Below the pieces are notes generated by a model, which was not told the DNA's origin, searched no databases, and was given only the letters and a program-made list of their open reading frames with translations. The position numbers and the translations under genes are program-made. A stretch of DNA of 64,000 nt from Haliotis rufescens. Taxonomy: Eukaryota. Shown in pieces: positions 23,901-35,137 of the stretch (its first letter is position 1; each line of letters begins with the position of its first letter). The DNA is taken from contig NW_025963913.1 in NCBI RefSeq assembly GCF_023055435.1, positions 1,426,001 to 1,490,000 on the forward strand, in the 5' to 3' direction.

Positions 23901-24170
23901 TTATTTATACCTTCGCAGAATTTTTTCCAGTCTCTACTTTTGGCTATTTGGACTAGTTTTTGAACCTGGTGGTTTAGTTCGTGGGCTATGTTTAAATATT
24001 TGTAGTCGCGTTTTGCTTTATTGAAGGCTGATTTACGTTTTCGTCTAGTCTGTTCTATTTCCTCATTCCACCATGGTACCGTCGGTTTGCCTGTCTTAGA
24101 TGTTTTGAAGGGGATGGAGGTTTTGGCTGCGTTTATTATATAGTCTGTTAGGTTTTTACAATAGGTTTCT
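20938..24170 (-). mobile_element. Young 5'-truncated I-clade (I/Nimb-like) LINE
   Basis: ORF2 open from ~24169 to 21209, 3' UTR with (AAGT)n tail, flanked by 11-bp duplication GCACACGGTCA (20927-20937 and 24171-24181). Confidence 0.9.
21209..23653 (-). CDS. LINE ORF2: reverse transcriptase, RNase H and C-terminal CCHC; endonuclease lost by 5' truncation
   Basis: YRPISLT, FLDFSKAFD, GTPQGSILSP, FADD; RNase H YTDGS..AEL..TDS..WIPAHVGIYGNENADKAAK; CPHCKQPETPEHALIHC. Confidence 0.92.
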   Translation of the reverse strand: MEELLYVIQNRKKGTAPGLDLTSYQIIKKLPLKLLQALLKLYNLIYLNGQVPTPWKQALVIPIPKPNKPANQANSYRPISLTSNLCKVMESMVKNRLQHYLTQNNIINPDQSGFTPGRSTLDNLTRLEQDIKTGQLNKQYTTGIFLDFSKAFDMVWHDGLIQKLKKIGLKGQIINYIQDFLNNRKITVGIDQTLSDQCPLENGTPQGSILSPTLFNIMINDLFEGLSPKVNTSKFADDGAICIRTKSMNMVQNLLQKSLNKIQQWADKWGFSLNSEKTTGIVFKHKNMKPASPILQLNNQTIKFQKQTKFLGLIFDEHLTWDAHIQNLTTKCSKDLNTLRCLTGSNWGASKDTLLSLYISLIRSKLDYGCAIYNTLNNSLSKKLDSIQYQALKLITRTQHGTSYTSLQALTGEMPLSLRREQLSLNFWAASQSNPLIQNLINQNISPKNQALARKHPLLTPISQRITNYLNEHQIKNLKQNCKQSNIFTPKLKIPKIDTTLASQINKQTDPNIAKTTTLAYIHENWPNWCHIYTDGSSDPTSKHTGFGVHTTQPTKTTQSFRLPNNQSIFTAELMGMASALHNQESKNHKKILILTDSLSGLQALQNKNTKNRPQLINQILKSSNDLTKAGKQITFLWIPAHVGIYGNENADKAAKLSLKIPEISLNLPISKSEIKSVNKQKITKKWHNLYLNSNSQIKKVLSKPLTKPKILHPSKKIDRVITKLQTGHTNLNNHLKKFKKHTTGNCPHCKQPETPEHALIHCTHYLTHRTALQTTLNLNKALTLEAILNPQNKLENFKALGVFLIKTELIKRI

Positions 24171-25189
24171 GCACACGGTCAAATCAGAGACGATGTTTAT
24201 ATGCTAGTCGTTAGGTAAAAAGATTGTTTAGTAACTTAAGAAGTTATTAACACGTGTCGTGTCAGCCCTATGCCATTCGCGATTGTCCACTTCGAGAAAA
24301 CATCCTGTGTTGGTTTAACATGAATTAGTAAAGGTTCATTAGGGATGCCCAACACGTTAGTTAATGAAAGAGGAGTAGTCAAAACACTGTCATTTCCTGC
24401 CCAGGATATCACACCCCTACACACTAAGGTCGGTGAGAAACATTCTCATCAAAGAAAACACAGTCAAGACTATAGATTCCCGTCGTCTAGCTACACATCC
24501 TGTGATGAATTAAAGGTTGAAGAATTTTAAACTGAACTGTCCTAAGTTTATATCTCAAATTTTGGAATTGGATACAGTGATAAAGTCTTATATCAATATG
24601 TAGACTCATAAATATTGGTTTTATGTTTTATGTTTTATGTTCTTATGAAATATCGCGTATTAGTGTAATATGCATGCTTAACCATTCATTGTACCGTTCT
24701 AAACCATGTAATATCAGTCAATCGGGTGGGAAAACAGCCCAATCCTCGCTCTATAAAGGACTTATCAATCATTTTGCAAGTTGAAATGACCCCTGATACT
24801 TTATGCATACTTTATGACAGTTTATGGAGTCAAAATCAATGCTGATTTTTCATAAACTTAATGCTTCGTACTATAGCATGGTGTCTCTTCAGTGCTGAAT
24901 AAAGATTGAAAATACATCAGTCAGTCAAAGATGAAGGAGTTCTTGAGAATTAGTTCATATTCTTAGACTTACATTCGATTGTGTTCACATGTAGACTCAA
25001 ACTGGTATATTAAAAAAATGTATACAGACAACACAAACTGTATTAGAAACAACAAACTCTGTATTTATGGATAGCACTTTCATAAGCATGATAGCATATT
25101 TTGGAAAACAAATTCAAGGTCAATTGCTTCAATACATCATGTTCATTGGACATAATTTCTAGTTTAAATATGTTTATCTAATTTCCGAT

Positions 25190-25420
25190 TATCATTCTTA
25201 GTTTTACTTTTTCTCTTCGGCTGCGGTGATATCCATCCGAATCCAGGACCTTTGCATAGTCCAGATTTAAAGATTATATATCTAAACGTACGCAGTCTTA
25301 AAGACAAAGTAGATTTTATCAGTGCTGAATTAGATAGTTATGATGTTGTATGTTTAACAGAAACCTGCTTGCACCATGATATTCTAGCCACTGATATTAC
25401 ACTGATACCATTTTCAAATC
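25190..25420 (+). mobile_element. CR1/L2-type LINE endonuclease N-terminal fragment with 2A-like motif
   Basis: LLFLFGCGDIHPNPGP followed by IIYLNVRSL..DVVCLTET, the start of an APE domain. Confidence 0.7.
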
Positions 25421-27377
25421 GTAGCCTGTATTAAGGAATATATTTTAGATCTGAAATCAGAGTATAACGGACAGCCTGAGCTGGAGGCGCGCGTGGGTAT
25501 GTTGACAGTTTTTACGTAGTTAGTGGTAAAACCGAATGTTTGCGAGGATTAATAAGATTTCTGAATTCTGTTACAACAGTAACCGTACATGTATTTGTTA
25601 CATTATGTCATTTCATTCAAATTTGTTTGGTGTGATTATGTCTTATAATTATTTTAGGATGGAAGGTACAGTTACCAAATAAAATATGCTGAAATATCAA
25701 AATGAATTCATTATGACCATATTTCATAATCTATTTTTTAAAGTAACCCTCCTTACATTAAAGATAACTATTTAAAGAATATAGTACTGAAAGACATTGC
25801 AACAAACCGAATAATCAGGGGGGAGACTTTATACTGAGGGGGGCGCGAAACATATCCGCCCGGGGGAGATTTTATTTCAGAACAGATTCTCCGGGGGAGA
25901 ATCTGTACCGGTATAAACTCTCCGGGGGGAGAATTTGTACGGGGGAGAGTTTATACCGGGACACCGGCAGTTGGAGTCAATGGTCATGATATCCAAAAGA
26001 ATTATTCATAATCAGGAATAACATTTTGTGTTGACGTCAATAGAGCGTTGATATTTTAAAATGATCACAGTGTTCCAACATTATCAAAATTTAGGAATGT
26101 GATCACTGTGGAAAGAGTACTATAAAAGTTTTGAGATTACTCCAACCTTGGGCCTGGTAACTGCCAAACTGTGTTTCGACGTAGCTGCAGTTACTAAAAT
26201 GCACACAATTGTCAAGGTTGTTTGATAAATGATCCATCTCCTTCTTGTGGAATTAAGTCAAAGGTTCTAATGTGACTGATATACTGTTGTGTTATGATAG
26301 ACGAATGTTCTTCTATTGTACACTCCATTCATGACTAACAAATTAAATCAAACTGATTTCACCATTGATATGTATGTCTCGTCAATTGTTTCTTTAACTT
26401 TTTACCGTTATAAAGTAGTGTTATTATAGGTTTAGTTTATGTCTTGACGTCAGATTGTCAGCTGCATCAAGCACCTACGTATACGTCTGGAATTTAGGGA
26501 TGCAACTGTCGCGAGTCCTGTCAGCAAATTCTGTCAGCTTCTTGTTAACCTGGGAAAGACCTCAGATGCTTTCCTCACGTGATTCGTCACAGAAACCTAT
26601 GATTGTGGGTTCGAATCCTGGTTTGCCCCGATTATGTTTCTAGGTTTGTCAGCACCACACCCGTGCTCGTGGGTTTCACCGAAGTTTCCTCCCACATTAA
26701 GCTGACACGCCGTGATATAACTGGACTAGCGTTAAAAGCGGCGTTAAACCCAACTCACTCACTCACTCACTGATTCATCACATGCTTTTTGTAAACGTAC
26801 TGATATATCTCAGGCATTAAACATGAAATCGAACCTCTCTGATCATTTAAAACACACGTATGCGGGCAGCTAGGTGAAGTGTTGGTGTGTATGTCGACGA
26901 CTTAAACACTGTATGAATACTTTAGTACGGCCATCTATTATTCATGACAATTGCATGTACATCCACTTTTTATGTTAATTCAAATCACACCCGTTATGCT
27001 ACCCGTGAATATCTGCAACAACCAATGCTTACCGTAAATGGCGACTATTCGTGTCGTAAGAGGCGGCTAGCGGAATCGGGTGGCCAGGCTCGCTAATTTG
27101 GTTAATGCATGTCGTCATATCCCAATGACGTAGATTGATGCTTATGATGTCAATCATTGGATTATCTGGACCATGCTTAATTACAGACCGCCGTCATGTA
27201 GCTGGAACATCGCTAAGTGCGGCGTTTAACAACAAACAACCAAACAAAACACCTAAAGACATTGAATGTAGCGTATGACGTAAAACTTCTGCAATATGAC
27301 AACGAAGGATTTAGTAATACTGATTTACGTAAGTGGCGATGATTGGTTCAGGTAGTAGAGGGAGGTTATTTTCTTGA

Positions 27378-27658
27378 TGGGGGCACGGGTGGCCCATTCG
27401 TCTAAGGCGCCGCGATTCGCTGTGCAGAGTTGCGTTCCCTGGGCACGCCAGAAACCTATGATTGTGGGTTCGAACCCCGGTTCGCCCCGATTATGTTTCT
27501 AGGTTTGTCAGCACCATACCCGTGCTCGTGGGTTTCACCGAAGTGGAAAACGTCTGAGACCTGCATCACTTCGGGCGTTCCTCCCACATTCACCTGACAC
27601 GCCGCGATATAACTTGAATACTGTTAAAAGCGGCGTTATATTAAACCCAGCTTACTCA
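27378..27658 (+). mobile_element. tRNA-derived SINE family 2 (partial copies ~26585-26772 +, 32760-33010 -, 33960-34195 -)
   Basis: TGGCCCATTCGTCTAAGG..GGTTCGAACCCC head and the same I-clade-type 3' tail. Confidence 0.7.
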
Positions 27659-28905
27659 TAAATTTCCTGATAGGTTATTATACTCGTAATACCGATATAC
27701 AAAGGGTATTTATCATCCAAGAAATCGCAAACTGGCAAATGAAGAAAGAAAGGCCGGCTGTTAACCATCGTAACATGTCTGATACGTTTCATACCAGTAT
27801 TTCAAACTTATCGACCTATTAAAATGTCACTTTTCCAGTTGGCGATGGAGGTCATTCATCATAATTTATTTATGTATCAATTCCTCGAGAATAAGTTACT
27901 CTAGTGATTTGTATCATAAAATATTCACAGACATCTGCGAAACAGGAATACAGAACTGAATCGTATTTAATTGGGGGTGCATAGTGCATGTTAGATGAAA
28001 TATTTCCGCTCCACACTTGTGTATATGGTGAAGGTGAAGTGGGAACAGTACTGATGTAAACGATTGAAGATGATCTTCTGCTGCCTGCGCTTCCTTGGGC
28101 TGTCGTGTATCGATCATTGTTTGTGTATTTAAAGGTAAGTCCTGTATGTACAACGATAGCATTATTCGGCGGAACTTCCATTGCATTTACAACGCTGTAT
28201 GATCTAAGAATCCAATTTCGGTACTGTAGAAAGAAAACAGAGGCAGTATTTGAGGAATAGATTACTGCAATTAAAATATAGTATCTTATCGTGGTTTAAC
28301 TATTTTTTTAAAACTACAGTAGAAATCAGGATTACAGGGTAGACGGGTAGTGGAAATGTTTGTCTCTGTGAAAAAAGTACTATATTACGAACTTCATAAT
28401 CTCATAAGTATATACCATTTATATAACAAAGATAAGTAGCTGGCAGATTAGCATGGTGTAGACTGTACAAACCGTAATAATATCAGAAATTCAATTGTCA
28501 ATACTTCCAAATGAGCCCATCGAGATAAACATGTCATGCTCAGGAATGACATGATTCAACATCGTTGCTGAATAATCAATGTAGCATTGGGTAAAGACGG
28601 TAATATGTAGTGGATATTGGACGTGAAGACCTGTTATCTCTTCCATCCTTATTTTAACTGTTCTCGTGAAGCATGTGAAGTAAGACACCGCGCATGTTTC
28701 GTAAGTACCTAAACATGTTCTCGTTTTATACTGTATCATGTTATGTATGGCATACACACTTTCTAAATAGAATTTCATTCAGAGAATAGGTGGCAAAAGG
28801 ATCGCCAATGTTTTGTTATACTGTGAAGCTAGAGCACAAAATGCTGAATAACTATGCTGTAACACCTCTATGGTAGACAGGCCAATTACTTTCAAACGTA
28901 CATAC

Positions 28906-31506
28906 ATGCATTTACTTTATAGATTCCTGTACAGGTTTCTGTCCATACTGTTTTTTTATGTATGTTTATGTCCTGCTGGGACGACCCGAGCTACAGGGAA
29001 GTATGCATTGTTTACATTCTCATTTCGCACACCTCTGAGTTATTTCGCATCTCCTAAAACGCTTCCTCAGTAAAGTTTCGAATTGTTAAAGGTGGACAGG
29101 TACGTGGGAATGCAAAACTCACAAACATCTTCAGCCGTAAACACAAGATTTAAAATAGATCATTCACGAAAGTTTCATCATCGTGTTACAGTGTATCGTT
29201 AACGGAGAAATACGATTTGCCTCAAAGAACATGCAACAGCTCACTGACCTGTAAATATAATCGAAGAACTATTAACATAACAAGAGAAGATTCCATTGTA
29301 CGATTGCGCCTATATCATGAGCATGCGATGATGAGACACTATCAAATATTAAGTTTTCGCGAGATGGTGAGCGTATTCTGCTCACATGAAAGAAGGTGAT
29401 CACATGCCATCAACATACGAGAATCATAACATAGTGTCTTTACAGATAGTCATTGAACACGTAGCCTAAGTATGTCACAATGCAATCCCCTTTCTTCACA
29501 CCAGAGCTGCACAACAATAAATTAGTAATTGAAGAGTATAGCATTCTGTGTTTTGCGACCCAAATCTGACACCAAACCACTTTAAAGTAACTAGCTTGTC
29601 AAAGATGACTTACAAGCACAGAGTGGAAATCAGAAAGGTTTTAATGTTCTGTTGTTATTTTATTCTGTTCAGAGGTCAGATCCCGATGGGGTGGATGCTA
29701 CAATGGCCGTTTCGGTAGTGGATGTGATCAAGATTGTGTTAAAGACATCCATTGCTACCTTTGCTGTCCAAACTGTAACTCGGCCAGGTGCATCGGTGGT
29801 GGTTGTTATCGAACCTGTAACACTGGCTGGTGGGGTGAGATGTGCAGACACAGATGCAGTAGTAACTGTCTCAAGGACCAGTGTGGCCAGGCGGGGAACT
29901 GTCAATGCAAGAATGGATACAAGGGCAATGCTTGCACTGAAAAATGTGAAAAGGGAACATTCGGGTCTTACTGTCGTCAACGTTGTGAGGAGGGATGTTT
30001 GAACGACGTCTGCAACGCCGACGGTGCATGTCAGTGTAGAAATGGATACTTCGGGCCCTCTTGTAGGAATAAATGTCCCGAGAACTGTGTGGAGGAAACA
30101 TGTGATTTTTCTGGTGCATGTCATGCATGCGTCGATGGGTTTTATGGAGAAACATGTCACGGCACTTACAATATAAACTGTTACCGCCATACATGTTTAA
30201 AACACTCTGGTGTCTGTGTACATGGCTGTGAGACAGGTTATCGTGGCGGACACTGTAACAGTTCCTGTTCAACGGGGTGTGAGAACAAAGAATGTAACCA
30301 GACATCCGCACTGTGTGTACAAGGATGTAGGCTTGGGACATATGGACAATTCTGTGAGAAGGTTTGTAGTGATAGATGTCTACATAAACTATGTAAGACT
30401 GTACACGGGCAAATGAGTAACGTGACATGCGTTATCAGCTGTACGGATGGACATTGGGGACATGCTTGCGAGGACAGGTGTTCGCCCGGTTGTGAGAAGT
30501 GGCACCGATCAACTGGTGTTTGCATAAAATGTAACACTTGATTGTTTGGCTTAACGTGTGCGCTGAACTGCAGCATAGGATGTGAAGATGCACAATGCAA
30601 CAACAGTGGGTTCTGCTCAAGGGGGTGCAAGGAGGTATTCTACCAGCAGAACTGTTCGCTCACGTGTCCAACACATTGTAGAACTTGTGACAGAAACAAT
30701 GGAACATGCCTCTCGTGTGTTCGGGGAAGAAAAGGAGAATACTGTTCAGGTACGTGTTACATTTACAAAAATTACCCTCACGCTTAATATTATATGATCA
30801 AGTTCATGACAACTTTTGTTGTGATCCCATTGCAAGTCAATCTGTACGTTTGACATTTCGTTTCACACATATTAACATCGTGTCGAAGCAATGCCTCTTT
30901 CTTGTTAGATAATGTTTTAGTGTTATCGTGGAATGACTGCCTTAGGGTTTTTTACACAGAACTAGAAACGTTCTGACACATCTTCAAAAATCTTTGACGA
31001 TTCTTGCTTTAACTCTTAAAATCGCACTTATGCCATTTTCAGAAGAAGAAGGTTCGCCGTGGCCAGTTGTTGTCCCAATAATGTTTTCAGTCCTCGTCGT
31101 GGTGAACGGCATCATCTGCATCATCAAGCGGTAGGTGCCTCTACACATTAAAGAAACTACCTGAGGATTATTTAGTCTCAAATCACTGGCCAGATTAATT
31201 AATTCGTAATATTTAGATTTCTTGACAAGTTCCCTACTTTATATATGAAAGAGGTTGTTAACCTCTGGGTTATTGTCAATTGTAATCACGTCATGAATAG
31301 CCTGTAAAATAGACAGTTTTGTTTTATCAGATAATCCAGGATTCTGTTTCGGTTTCAGGCAAACTTTATGTACCTGTGTTTCGAGAACGGCTCTTTATCT
31401 CCGCCCCCGCCTTGTGGAATCAGTGTATTACATGTCAGACCAGGGACAGGACGTCACAGAAGAAAACAATTACGCTGATCTGGATGATGGATATGCGGTG
31501 ATATAG
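28906..31506 (+). pseudogene. MEGF10/SREC-like multi-EGF membrane receptor, apparently disabled. Putative signal exon 28906-28996, EGF exon 29673-30749, TM exon 31043-31130, tail exon 31359-31506
   Basis: The 1077-nt phase 1-1 exon is Cys-rich EGF repeats in one frame with a single TGA at 30539-30541 (a Gly position in sister repeats). TM WPVVVPIMFSVLVVVNGIICII. Tail ends EENNYADLDDGYAVI-TAG. The signal-exon donor reads GGAAGT instead of GTAAGT, so that exon is less certain. Confidence 0.75.
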
Positions 31507-34500
31507 AATCACATGATCTGGTTTATTTCACGCGCCTTAAATAGAATCTTAAATGTACGAAATCCATGATTGTGTATTGTTACTTATAGGGGTGGGGGGT
31601 GGGGGTGAATAAGAGAGTGATTTAGGTTCTATCCCGCTTTGATTATTTTAGTAATATCGAGGCCTGTCGAAACTGACGTTGGTCATAAAACTGTTCGTAT
31701 GTTGGTGACAAACCACTTATGATTATCACAGCGAGTCTGGTACTCAAACATACGGCGACAGTCATCGGATCCTGAGACGGCTAAGGGACCACCTCCGCTG
31801 TCAAGTGGTATGGCGCCTGCCCGGAAGGTACGAAATTACGTTGAAAGATGGTACTTGTTGTTACAATGCCAGGCGCTCAGCATCAAGGGGCTAAAACAAG
31901 GACAAGTCACCTTTTTTATTTAATCGGCATTAGTCCGGACTAGAACAAGCAGCCACACACACACGCGCGCACACGCGCGCACACACGCACACGCACACGC
32001 ACACGCACACGTTAAACACCTTTTCACCACATTTCACCTCGCCTGAGGGACGCAACACTGTACAGCAAAAGAGAAGAGGCATTTTAGGTAAATAACAGGA
32101 TTTATTTCGAGATCTGTATGTAGTAACATCATGTATTATGTACGTTTTGTCTGCGATGTTGATTTCAAAAGCAGACTCATTTATGTTACGTTATCATTAT
32201 TACGTATCTGCTTCTACCATGCTATAATTATACATTTATATATTTATCTACATTCATAGCATTCCCTCGTTATACCATCGCGTTCCCCCGCAATAATATT
32301 CATCGCATAAGTACAGCGAGGGAACGCTATGACTTTTAGTACCTTTGCATCAAGAGCATCAGTATGATCTAACTGCACGGGAAGCGGAATTAATAAAGTT
32401 TACGAGTACCGGACACAAAGTTTCCTGTCGTCCTCATAAAGCAGAACATCCTCAAGAAATCTCAAAGCAAATTTTATAAAACAATCACTGCAATGAACGT
32501 CATTGGCGTCTGTAAATTAAATTAATTCGAACACAGTAGTTATTTTTGGGGTGCATTTTATCGGTCTCATGACATTATGACTTCTCAATGCCAGAAAATG
32601 ATTTTATCCTCATGTCTGAGTCTGAGATGTGCCGTTAACACAACATTAGACAGCCCCAGAGGTAAAGATGTTGTTACCTGTATAGGTTATTCGACGACTG
32701 CCTGATCTTCGGCATGTGCTGTCGCCAAACATGTCGCTCGTGATATAACTCAAAGATTAAGAGTGACTGAGTGATTTGGGTTTAACGCCGGCTTTTAGTT
32801 ACATTTACATCACGGACTTTCATCCTAGTGTGGGTGGAAAAACCGAAGTGATGCAGGTCTGTTAAAACCAACGAGCACTGGTATGATGTTGACAAACAAT
32901 CTAGGATTAAAACCAACAATCTGATGTTTCTTGCACGGCTAAGGGATGCAACCCTGCACACGGAATCGCATGCGGCGCCTCAAACGAATTGATCACCCGT
33001 GTTCCCTCACTGAATAGGACCTTAGAACTGTCATTGAGTAATTTATATTTTTTATAAAACATCTCATAAAAAAGGCCGACGTTTTGTAGAGAAATGTCAA
33101 TTATTTTTTTCATTGTATTTTGATTCCCAGCACAATATCAAAATTCCTCGTATTAATGATAATGCAAAAATGAATAAGTTCCGAAATAATGATGGTGTAT
33201 CCATCTAATGTTCCCAGTTCTCCAACTGACCCGTGAAGATTCCGGGGTAGAATAGGTTTTCAGCAACCCATGCTTGCCGTAAAAGGTGACTATGCTTGTC
33301 GTAAAAGGCGACTAACGGGATCGGGTGGTAAGGCTCGCTGACTTGGTTGATGCATGTCATCGATCCCAAATGCGTGGATTGATGCTCATGATATCAATCA
33401 CTGGATTGTCTGGTCCAGACTCGATTATTTACAGACCGCCGTCATATAGCTGGAATATTGCTGAGTGCGGCGTTAAACAACCAACTCCCCGATCTCCATT
33501 TCTCCAACTTATCCTAATTAGATTTATTTTCTGAAATTCACTTGCCATTTCCTTATAGTTTCCGTCCTTAGTTGGTAAGTTGACACATAATGTGTCTGAA
33601 AAGGGGCAAGTGGTGCTTCATAACAAGTTCTCTCTGGATCCACAGAATCGATCCAAGCATAACGAACGGAAATCTCATTAAAAAAAGGTCTTTTATTTAC
33701 ACCACTCTACGTGAAGATCTTACCTCCACAAGTGTTTTTCAAGAACAAACAGTATAAAAAATTAAAACACTCTAACATTCAAGTCATTATTCAATGTACC
33801 AGGCCCTGCAAGAACACACTTTTATTTAGATTTCTATCCAAAGCCTCAAAACTCCTTTGGAAATACAGTATAGTTAGTTTTCGATCTGGATCCCCTGATC
33901 AAATGTTTTAGTGATAAAATCCGTAAAGAATAAGTGTGACACAAATTCACACCAGTCTGTGTGTGAGCGAGTTGGGTTAAACGCCGTTTTGAACACTATT
34001 CTAGTTATATCATAGCGTGTACGTCAGCTTAATGTAAAAGGAAAGCCCGACGTGATGCAGGTCTCAGACGCTTTCCACTTCAGTGAAACCCACCAGCACG
34101 GTTAGAAACATAATAGGGGAGAAACAATCATAGTTTTCTGGGGTGCCGAAGGGACGTAACTCTGCACATTGAATTGCGGCCACCCGTGCCCCCGCACACC
34201 AGTGGAGACTGCGAGCGTAGCGCATACAAAGTAGGTTGTATGGCGGAGGAAGTAAAACGGTCATAATACTTTGAGAATCATAGTGCTCTTCAATACTTGC
34301 CAAGCGAATTTACAAATTCGATGATGTCATTACCTTACAAAAAGTATTACCTTACAAAGTGTATTAATAATTCTTAAATCCGGACACTTGCTAAAATTTA
34401 GTCCAGATTATTCGGAATGAAGGGGATGCACTGTATCTCGTGTATACCCTCATAGTTGAAAGAAACCCTTTCTAAGATCCAGGTCAATGACTGCCCCGTT

Positions 34501-34828
34501 CAAAGTGTTTCGTATTATAAGCTTACTCTTGGGGAAGATACACACACAACTATGATGTTTTCTTTATCACCCGAGCTTAATAAATACATATTGGCGTTAT
34601 GATTAATAGTGTCAGGGTCTTGTCGAGAAGCTCCATTGCCTTTATCTATTATTATGTCAATATATTTCATGTCATCACAAAAATGTTTGCAGAAGGGGTG
34701 TGTGGGGCTTCCAGTTCAACGCTTTCATATCTTATTTATCTTTACCTTCACAATTGTGTAATGTTAACTTCAGCAATCTTAAATGCAAACAACATAAATC
34801 CTGTAGATTTGACACATTGTACTGATCA

Positions 34829-34898
34829 TCAGTTCCTGGTTGCACTTGCACACGCAGGGACGTCACATCAGAATGATTGTGATTTGTTGATGGTGAGT
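34829..34898 (+). promoter_or_regulatory. Putative promoter/first-exon cassette 1 upstream of copy B
   Basis: TCAGTTCCTGG 34829-34839, donor GTGAGTACTGAC at 34893; downstream intron sequence is homologous to the other cassettes. Confidence 0.5.
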
Positions 34899-34966
34899 AC
34901 TGACATCGAACTTGTTATTTTAAATGATTTGCTGTATGTATATGAGAATTAACTTAGGTATGATTA

Positions 34967-35137
34967 GGAGATAAACATACTGTGTTTTCAATGTAGAGCT
35001 AGGTTACCGGTGGATTTAACCCCGCTAAATTGAATTTGGAACCGAACGCGCAGCGTGAGGTTTCAAATGTTAAATTTAGCGCGGTTAAATCTACTGGTAA
35101 CCTAGCTCTACATTGAAAACATAGTATGTTTATCTCC
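34967..35137. repeat. Long hairpin at the left end of a ~0.85-kb insertion
   Basis: GGAGATAAACATACTGTGTTTTCAATGTAGAGCTAGGTTACC.. pairs with ..GGTAACCTAGCTCTACATTGAAAACATAGTATGTTTATCTCC. Confidence 0.85.

Noticed and set aside
21363-23963. Plus-strand hydrophobic ORFs
   Set aside because: Antisense shadows of the strongly A/C-skewed LINE ORF2.
30539-30541. In-frame TGA as selenocysteine or programmed readthrough
   Set aside because: It aligns with Gly (GGA to TGA) in the sister EGF repeats, not Cys, and no SECIS was recognised.
29669-30630. Minus-strand Thr/Val- or His/Gln-rich ORFs
   Set aside because: Antisense shadows of the Cys-rich EGF exon.
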